NCBI RefSeq assembly: GCF_009914755.1 | Contig: NC_060928.1 | Source: the human T2T-CHM13v2.0 reference genome, Homo sapiens | Direction: 5' to 3' (one strand) | DNA: 64,000 bases | Part shown: piece after piece, positions 54,951 through 64,000 of the stretch | Numbering within the stretch: position 1 is the first letter of the stretch | Layout: every line of letters starts with the position of its first letter | The notes under the pieces: generated by a model | Databases searched by the model: none | Told to the model about the DNA's origin: nothing | The model's input: only the letters and a program-made list of their open reading frames with translations | Translations under genes and position numbers: made by a program

Positions 54951-56796
54951 AGACAATATTTAGAGAGTATCAAGCTATTTTAGTGGTGGCAATTTTGTGT
55001 GCCATGTAATCTGGAAACAATAGACAGTGTCAGTACAAGAGGCGTGACATATGCTAAATCATGATCCAATCAACGGGAATGCATAAAACATGCTACTTCA
55101 AACACTGAGGTACCTGCTGTTTGGAGTTCTGCTACAGTTCATGCCTGCATAACACAGGAATTCTGAGAAATTCCATTTTGCACAATTTTTACCAAAAAAG
55201 AAAAAAGATCATTGTGAGTTTATAATTGTAAGCTTTGTATTATTGAATATATTTCTGGTAAGAGACAACATCCAATTTGATTAGGCATTGATGAAAACCA
55301 AATTACCCACTTAAAACTTTTTGTGACTGATGATTTGGGAGTATTTTCCATCAACTGGTTTGTAGCCCTGTACATTTCAGTCTTTCTCCTCTACTACTCA
55401 CATATTTCCAGAAGTAGGTGCTACAGGCCGTGTTCATGCTGACGTATAATCTCTGGCCTTACACCTTCCCATCACAAACTACATCACTGCAATAGGCAGT
55501 AAGAATATTCCTGGAAGACTTTCCTACATTGAGTCTGCGAGGAATAACTTAACTATACATGCAATTTATTCTCAATCTTGACATATGTCCTACTAAACTG
55601 TAACTAAATGATTCCCCAAGTCAACTTCCCCTTAGACAGGTATCAAAAATGCCTGAGGGCAAGTATAATGGCAAGGAAGTCAAAGTGGAATGAGAAAGGG
55701 GATGTGACATTTAAAACTGATGGAAGTTAAAATACCTTACTTTTGCCTATCATAATTATTTCTGGATGTGTAAAAACAGAATTTTCCTTTTTACATACAT
55801 CCAACTTCTTTCACCAATTCCTTCTACACTTGGAAGACCAGGCAAGAGAATTGCGGTATTTTTCCTGGTCCACTCTGTTGTTGCTAAGCCAGGCTGTTGT
55901 TATGCTCTTAGTTACAGCTATTTTTAGCTGCAGTGTGGATCACTACATTGTCAGCGATTTTTCCACCTACTCAATGAAAATACTTTGTCTCTTTAAAATG
56001 TAGTACAATTTTCAAAGCTCTGCTCTTTTGTTACCTTAACGTGGCACCCTCCAATGCAAAAACAAGAAACAGAATACCATTTAAATTGTCTTCACTATAA
56101 CTACCACTCTTTTCCAAAAACAAAATCAGAACAGAGATACATAAAACTCTAGCTTGAGAGATTAGACCTTCGGTCTCCCATGACCAGTTTCTCTTGTAAA
56201 TAATCTTCAAAGCCAAAATGGAGAAAAGGAAGGGTAGAACCACAGAACATACCTGTTTGGCAGTGATTCAGGGCAGTGAAATCCCCTGTTTTATGATGTT
56301 ATATGCTCTTATTGCTACCAGGAAATCTGATCAGTCTGTACCCACATCTCCAGCCTTACTCACACCTTCTAGCTCCCGTTCTCTCCTCCCGTCTCTAACT
56401 GGAAGTAGAATCGTCTGTGGTTTCCACCCTGTGCATGAACTTCTTCCACAGCACCCATCCATCACCCAGTAATCACTGACTTTACTTGTCTGTTCACTAT
56501 TATATCCTAGCACAGTACTTAGCTTGGAATAAAATGTCCAATGAATGTTTGTTGAACAATGGGTAAAATACAAAGGTTCTTTTTAATAGAAGTTATAGGT
56601 TTCCCTTTTTAAATTGGAGACATTCAAATTTCAGGAGGGAAAATGTGTTTATTCATATTTGGCAAAAAGAAGATACAGGTTATTCAAAAATTAAGTTTTA
56701 CATCTTAGGAACTTACTGTCTTTCTTAAGAGGCTTTTGGGAATATTCAAGGAGAGATACTTTCAGAAGAATTTTGATCTTAGAATCCAGGCCTCTC

Positions 56797-56973
56797 CATT
56801 AGGACAAATACCTAAGGCATGCAGGGCTTAAAACCCAGATGACGGGTTGATAGGTGCAGCAAACCACCATGGCACATGCATACCTATGTAACAAATCTGT
56901 ACGTTCTGCATATGTAGCCCAGAACTCAAAGTAAAATTAAAAATAAATAAATCAATAAAATTTAAAAATTAAA
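56797..56973 (+). mobile_element. L1PA8-10-like 3' end
   Basis: 'gggcttaaaacccagatgacgggttgataggtgcagcaaaccaccatggcac'. 16-bp TSD agaatccaggcctctc at 56781 and 56974. Confidence 0.93.
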
Positions 56974-57039
56974 AGAATCCAGGCCTCTCTGCAGAAGCAG
57001 TTTCTTTATGGAAAAGAACATGGACTTCTAAATCCAGGA

Positions 57040-57270
57040 AGCTGCTCCCAGAATATCCTTGACCTCAAGATGTATGGAGGCATTTCAAGCTTCTGTTTGC
57101 ATTTCATCTGCTAACATCCCATTGACCAAAGGTAAGTCACATGATCAAGACCAAAGCTGAGAAGCAGGGAAGTACACTTAATTTCTACTGGGAAGCGCTC
57201 AAAAGTCACATGGCAAAGACTGTGGATGCATGGAGAGGTGATGAAATGGGAATAGATATTCAATCTCCTG
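57040..57270. mobile_element. MLT1-type MaLR LTR fragment
   Basis: 'ctaacatcccattgaccaaagg.aagtcacatg...aagtcacatggcaaag'. Confidence 0.6.
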
Positions 57271-57609
57271 CAAGTGTATAATTTTTTTTAAGTTTCAACA
57301 TGAACAAAGCAGCCTTCATGTCTTCATACGGAAAATGAACTTAACCATCTGAAAAGTCTGACATAATCCATTGCAAAATGTCCACAGAAAAAGAAATTAT
57401 TTAGTTGGAGGGAACTGAAGTAGTGACTGACTATGAATTGTTATCTAGTAAAGAAAGGGAAATCAGAAAAATACAATGTACCAAAACAAAAAATATATAT
57501 ACTAGGGAAATTTGGAAGTTTCCATTAACAAAAGTTGACTCTGTCAATCTGGTTTTGCTGACTGAAGGAAACTATCTTATATAACTCATTTCCCATACAC
57601 TACTTTTTG

Positions 57610-58680
57610 AAGCGACTTGTAACTTTTTATTTTGAAATAATTTCAAGCTTACAGAAAATGCTCAGGAATAGTACAGAGAGCTTCCATACACATGTCACCC
57701 ATAATCACCAATTGTTAACATATTATAACATTTGCTTTACCATTCTTTCTTTCTCTGTGTGTGTGAGAGAGAGAGTGAGAGAGAGAGAGAGACAGAGAGA
57801 GAAAGAGAGTGTAATTTTTTTCTGAACCATTAGATAGTCAGTTGCAGACATAATGCCTTTTTGCCACTAAATATATCAGTATATGTTTCCCAAGATCAGA
57901 GACATTTTCTACCATAATCAATTATCAAAATCCAGAAAGTAACATTGGTGCAATACTATTATCTAACCTGCAGAACCTATTCACATTTCCCCATATTTGT
58001 CAATTATCCAGATAATGCTCTTTCTAGGAAAATAACCTCTGACCATTATCACACATTGCATTTAGTTGCCACATCTCTTAAATCTCAATCTGATACTGTT
58101 CCTCGGTTTATATTTTTCTTTCATTATCTTGACTATTTTTAAGAGACACATCAAGCTATTTTGAGGAAGGCCCCTCAATTCGGCTTTGTCTGATGTTTCC
58201 TTACTATCAGGTTAAGACTATGCATTTTTGGCAGTATTGACACAGATGTGGCGCTTTATCCACCTCAGTGCATCGTATTAAGAAATATGTGATGTTGGTC
58301 TGCACTCATTACTATGACATTAACTTTAATCACTTGGTTTCTCCAATGTCAAATTCCTATTTCTCATTTATTTAATATGTGTTTTCTAGAAAGATGCTTT
58401 GGAACTATGTAAATGTACTGTTCCTGATAAACTTTTACCCATTAGTGTTAACATTTATTGATGATCTTTTCATAAATCCATACTACCAAGATGTTTGCTA
58501 AAAGGTGATTTTCTAACTCCATTATTTCTCTTCTGTGTATTAGCTGGCATTCTACTGTAATTAAGGGTTTTTCCTTTTTTCCCATTTATTTATATCAGTG
58601 TAGTATTATAAATTCTTGTTTTATTCAATGGTTTGAAAGCCATTGCTATCATTCTGATGCTCACATTGTCCCAGTAGAAG
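57610..58680 (-). mobile_element. L1MC-type 3' fragment containing (GA)n
   Basis: 'tttttattttgaaataatttcaagcttacagaaa...gaatagtacagagag...gttgcagacataatgcc'. Confidence 0.7.
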
Positions 58681-58849
58681 CCATATTGTACTTTTATACA
58701 ATAAAATACCCCAAAAAATGGTACAATGAGTGAGCCCTCTTTAAATGTCCTATCCAGTCCTGACTTTGAAAGAACTTACCATGGGGCTGCATCTCTGGTG
58801 TTTTTTTCTTATGTGTGTCATGGGTATGCATTCATAAGAATGATAATAA

Positions 58850-59430
58850 ATCGTGATATAAATTTACTAAGAATTCACTATGTGCCAGGCTTATTGTTAA
58901 GCACTTTACCTACATCACCTCATTTAATCTTTTTAAAAACCTATAAGGCATATTTTTATGGTTATAATGCCTGTTTTGTAATTGAGTAAACTAAGCCTGA
59001 GAAAAGTTAAATAAAAGCCAGAAAATAGGAAAACTGGGGCTTTAACCTGGGTCATCTGACTCCAGACATTTTTTTCCTCTGAGCTATGCTTAGGTCTTAA
59101 GATTCCTAAAGGGTGGAGAAAGACTGTACTTGGTAAACACCCACATCCCTACTTCCTTAGGTGCAAGGCTCTGCATTCAGAAGATCAGCCTGGTGTGATG
59201 ATGTTTTGATGTTTCAGAGCACAGATACTAGAGTGAGGCTGCCTAGATTCTAATTTGTGCACTCCCATCCATGAGCTGTTCCACCTTGTCTTCCAGGAGT
59301 TTCAGTTTCCTCCCATCCAAAACAGAGATGAGAATAAGAACACTCCACAGAATTGTTTTAAAAATTGAGAGGGAGCATGCAGGTAGAGCACCTGGCATTG
59401 TGGCATGGCACGTAATAGACACACAATACA
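58850..59430. mobile_element. Two oppositely oriented MIRs (~58850-59090 minus, ~59200-59430 plus)
   Basis: 'cactatgtgccaggc...ctgactccaga' and 'ttcagtttcctcccatccaaaac...gagcacctggca'. Confidence 0.7.
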
Positions 59431-61589
59431 AATTTAAAAAAAAAATACTAAGATGGCCACAGAACAAAATCTCTGCTTATTATTTTTAAGTTGAGCCATA
59501 CCTATGCTATAATCATCTCTTTGATGTAGCTTAAAGTATTTCTTCCAAGAAGCAAAAAATATTTATTGCTGCCCAACGACTGCTATCTTCTGACTTCTGA
59601 CTCTCTGAGATTCTGAAGGCTTCTCTAAGAGTATCTTAAGATATTTTGTGCCCAGTCCAAATTTGGCTTTCATTAGCCATTAAAATCAAGGAAAACTTTA
59701 AATCAGGGCATAAAAGAGACTTTTCCTACGCTTAGCATCACATTAGCATGTGAGGGACTCTGCATCAGCAAAAATTTTTTTTAATCAACCTAAACCTCTG
59801 ACTAAATTAATAAGAGTTGAGTTTGACCTTTAAAATGCTAAAAAATACAGTTCCCAGTATAATTCTTGTTCATCCCTGGACCAAACCATTCTCATAGTAA
59901 ATTATGGCACTAACAGCTGGCTGCCAATGAAGTCAACTATTAATTGTATGTTCACTGCACTGCCTGATATAAATCAATATGAGCAATGAGCAATTGTCCT
60001 CAGTCTCTAGATACAAAGATCTTACATTGCAAAATAATTTAAGGTTGGCTGTCAGCCTTCTTAGACTAGATGTCATTCGGTCTTCCCTTTGCTAAAGATA
60101 TGATAAAAATGAACACACATTGAAAACCCGCCTGATCTACTGTCTCTGCAGCAAACTTGTAGTCATCTCTATGAAAATGACAGTAGAAATGGTTTTTGAT
60201 TGTGTATTCCAAAGAAGCAACATCTACATTTTTACAAATCCCAGTGAAATCTGAAGAATGGGTCTCACAGAATCACTACTATCTCAAACTCTCAAAATTT
60301 CTTGTCTGTTCACCCCCTTTTACCTTCACTCCCTCCTTTCTACCAACTTGCTCTCCATCTTCAAAAAGGCCACCAACTACCCTGTTTTCCTAGTTCCCAT
60401 TTTTATTCCAACTTCTCTCATCTCTCTTCCCAGTTTCAGTCTCATGGACACTAAGAGCTAGTGACATTCTCACTTTACAGCCAAGCATTCCCATCTTGGG
60501 AACCCCTTACCCTAAGCCATCCCACTGTTCCCCTTTTTTAACTCCTGGGTCACAGAGTATTGCTAGGGGATATGAGGAAATGACACTGACAGGACCTGTG
60601 ACAAATCCACATCATCTAACTCTGGTGGGCCCTCTATAAAACTCAACAATATTTAAATGCATGTTTTGCAAAGTTGCTTCTATAAGACATTCTCAGAATG
60701 CTCGTGTGAGTGAAGGATCCCATGGTTCCAGACCAGTTTGGAAAACACTGGTTTAAATTCAGTTAAACAAGTTCTTTTCTGCAGAACTTAGTGGAGCCTG
60801 GTAGGCATTGTGGGTTTCCAAATGGGGATTATATATGCACCATTTCTCAAAAGTTTTATCTAAAGAGTGACTTTTTCACAGAACAACCACATCTAGTATT
60901 CTGTGAAACAAGTTGGGGAAATACAATATTAACTCATTTTGTGTTCATTCCTAACACACTTGTTCTGAACCATGTTTACCCTAAAAACCCTAGACCCATT
61001 CTAGCCTTCTCAGCTGTAGCAAATGACTGAATTTACATAGAAGCTAGAGACTTTTTCACATAATCTCTTCAGCTTCCCTCCTTTTCCTCTTCCATTTTTT
61101 TCCCTCCTCCCTGCTAAGCTGAGGAAGTGGAGAGAGAGCACCCTGACAAGTCTACTTCTTTTCCTATCTCAAGATCCTGTCCCCTCACTCCCTCCACAGA
61201 AATCTCCATCTGCCACTCTCACTCCTTACATTTGAAACCCCTCTTGGTGTCTTCCCTGTATCTACAAACATGTCAGCAGTTATATAGCATAAAACCTTTC
61301 TCAATCAGCTGTCATACTGTCTTCCACTTCTCACTGTCCCTCACCCTCTACTCTGGCCAAGACAAACTACTCCTTGAATATGCCCTGCACTTTCTTGACT
61401 GCAGGCCTTTGCTCATGCTGTTAAGCCTAACTACGGTTATTACCATCTTCCCCATCGCATGCATAAATTCACCCCATAGCATTCCATGACCCAGCCAAAC
61501 AAACAGGATCTCTTCTGCCTCTATTCTTTTAATACCTACCATGTTCTATTTTGTTTATATTTTTAGAGGCTCTATAAAAGTGTTTAAAT

Positions 61590-62600
61590 CATCTTTATTG
61601 AGCTATAATTGACAAAATGTACCTATTTTAAGTGTACAGTTTAATGAGTTTCAACAATGCATACATTCATTTAACCATCACCGTAATATAACATTTTCCA
61701 TGACTCCAAAAAGTTTCCTTAAGTCTACCCATGGTCAGCCTAGACAACCACTGATCTGCTTTTTGTCACCACAATTTTGCCTGTTTTGTAAATGGAATCA
61801 ATATTTGCCTATCCCATAAGTGGGCGTAATATTCAATAAATATCAATTATGTTAGTTGATATTGTTGGTTAATAGTATTGTCCAATTCCTCTCTAACTTC
61901 ACTGATTTTCTGTCTACTTCCATCAACTATAATATGGATGACCTATTTCTCCTTTTAGTTCTGTACTTAGATGAATATTTGCTATGCCTTCTTGATGAAC
62001 TGGCCCTTTTATCATTGTAAAATATCTTTCTTTGTTTCAGATAATAGTCTTTGTCCTGATGTCTTCTTTATCTGTTGTTAGCATAGTCCCCTCAGCTTTT
62101 TGATGATTAGTGTTAGGTTGTATCTTTTTTTTTTTGAGTCTTTATATTTAATAAACTTTATTATATGTAGATACCATATAAATTGAATCTTGATTTTTTT
62201 CCAACCTGGTAATCTCTACCATTTAATTGAAATATTTAAACCATTTACATTTAAGTTGATTATCAATAGCTGGGTTTAAGTCAACTCTGTTACTATTTTT
62301 ATTCTACCTATCCCATCTTTTCTTCCTTCTTGTTTTATTGTGGATAAATTGAATATTTTTTAGGATTTTTTTATCTCAACTATTGGCTTGTTAGTTTTAT
62401 CATTTTAGTTGTTTCTCTATAACTTACAATATGCATCATTAAGTTATCATAGTCTTCTTTCAAATAATGTTACACTTTATATGTAATGAAAGAATCTTAC
62501 AATTCCTCTACCTCATCCTTTATTTTACTGTTGAGATTTTAATTTGATGTTATGAATTCTACAATAAGTGATTACTTTTTTTGCTTTAGACAGATAATTA
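61590..62600 (-). mobile_element. Old L1M fragments
   Basis: 'ctttattgagctataattgac...taagtgtacagtttaatgagttt' followed by a T-rich ORF2 complement. Confidence 0.7.
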
Positions 62601-62809
62601 TTAATGATTTCCACTTTTGGAATGGATTTTCATAGCAAACCTCCAGCTATTACCAGAAAAATTCTTCATAAATAATACCTATAAATTATGAAGAAAGTAA
62701 TTTTAAAAACAATTACCTCAAGGCACTGAAGAGTGAAGAAAAACAAGCAGGAACAAGAAGGAAGTCGACTGGAAGAAGGGAAGGGCACTGGATAAATTTC
62801 CCATTTTAG

Positions 62810-63088
62810 GGGGTTTGTTTTTTTGGTATTTTTGGCGATTTAAGGGGTGCACGTGCTTGTTTGTTACATGGATATTAATGCATAATGGTGGGGGTTGGGC
62901 TTCTAGTGTACCCATCACCCAAATATTGGACATTACATCTAGTAAGTAGTTTTTTCACCCATTATTCCCCTCCCACTCCCACTTTGGAGTCCCCAGGGTC
63001 TATTTTCTCCATCTTTAACTCCACATGTACCATTTGTTTAGCTTCCACTTATAAGTGAGAGCATGCAATATTTGATTTTCTGCTTCTG
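62810..63088 (-). mobile_element. L1PA16/L1PB-like 3' end
   Basis: 'ttgttacatggata...tagtgtacccatcacccaaata...ttagcttccacttataagtgagagcatgc'. Confidence 0.85.
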
Positions 63089-63089
63089 T

Positions 63090-64000
63090 ACTACATTTTT
63101 TATTGTTTTTAGCTTGAGGGACAGCCCAGTCTTCACTAAACAGAACTTTCAAAACTCTGACGAAAAACCCCCAGTCATATTGGCCTGAGGAAGCAGACTA
63201 TGTAAATCACAATAATCAACAGCTACTGGAAATTGATGGCAGAAATCCCAGAGAAATTAGAGTTAATAATGGGAACCCCAGAATTCAAATTCTGGTATAA
63301 ACTTTACCAAATCTCTGGCTAACACCTGAGCCATGCATGTCTTAGACAGATCCCAAACAGCCCAGTGACGACTAGGAAAATTAAATGAAAACTAAGCTGC
63401 CATCCACCAGAGGGAAAACACAAATTGAAGTCTAAGTTCAGCCAAGTAAACTGCCTGAAAAAAAACTAAATACTTTCCAGAAGAGTATAACAAAATCCAG
63501 AGTTTCTACAACACATTATTTACAATGTTTAGAATACAGCCTAAAATTACTCAGCATACAAAAAAAATAAATAAATGATGAATTCTTAAGAGAAAGTGCA
63601 ATTAGAGAAAACTAATCATAGTTTCCCAAAAGTTGGAATTAGCAGAGGTTTTAAAGCAGTTTTATAAGTATGCACAAAGATGTAAAGGAAAATATGTTCA
63701 TACTGAATTAAAACAGAATATCTCAGCAAAGAAACAGAAACTATAAAAAACACATGGAAATTCTGTCGTTAGAAAATACAATATCTGAAACAAGAAATTC
63801 ATTGGTGCATATTAATAGTACAATGTAGATAATAGAAGAATCAGCATACTTAAAGATAAATAAATAGAAATCACACAATCTAAATTGCAGAGAGAACAAA
63901 GATTGAAAAAGCTTTAACATAGTTTCAGGGATCTGTGGTATGCAATAAGTTTATTGTCTATGTATTTGGAATCCCAGAAAGAGATAAGAGAAAGAATGGG
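63090..64000 (+). mobile_element. Old L1M 5'/ORF1 region (runs off window)
   Basis: 'gaatatctcagcaaagaaacagaaactataaaaaa...ggaaattct...gaaaatacaatatctgaaa' is ORF1-like. Confidence 0.7.

Overview
Primate (most likely human) AT-rich non-coding DNA, either intronic or gene desert. I recognise no protein-coding gene. The only ORFs with recognisable protein content are decayed L1 remnants (ORF2 at 23.4-24.6 kb and 29.3 kb; ORF1-region at 22.5-23.3 kb). Much of the window is interspersed repeat: 4 Alus, several nested L1PA/L1PB/L1M fragments (some with intact TSDs), L2, MIR, MaLR LTRs, Tigger1, MER20, MER5 containing MER53, and half a MADE1. Repeat-free blocks at about 7.6, 18.3, 33.6 and 43.5 kb look like conserved developmental enhancers (PBX-HOX, MEIS and FOX motifs). 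The most striking unexplained structure is a ~135-bp inverted repeat (38251-38387 / 38884-39016, 496-bp spacer) that I cannot assign to a repeat family. Its mismatches are biased 10:2 toward G-U pairs in a minus-strand RNA. It sits among minus-strand splice-signal candidates: a 30-nt frame-preserving microexon (43051-43080), an AG-G-GTAAG site (32419) and an 86-nt exon (17783-17868). Together these suggest a long minus-strand transcript with a large intronic duplex. I cannot identify the locus from sequence alone. Repeat-family calls are from recall of consensus sequences, and most repeat boundaries are approximate.
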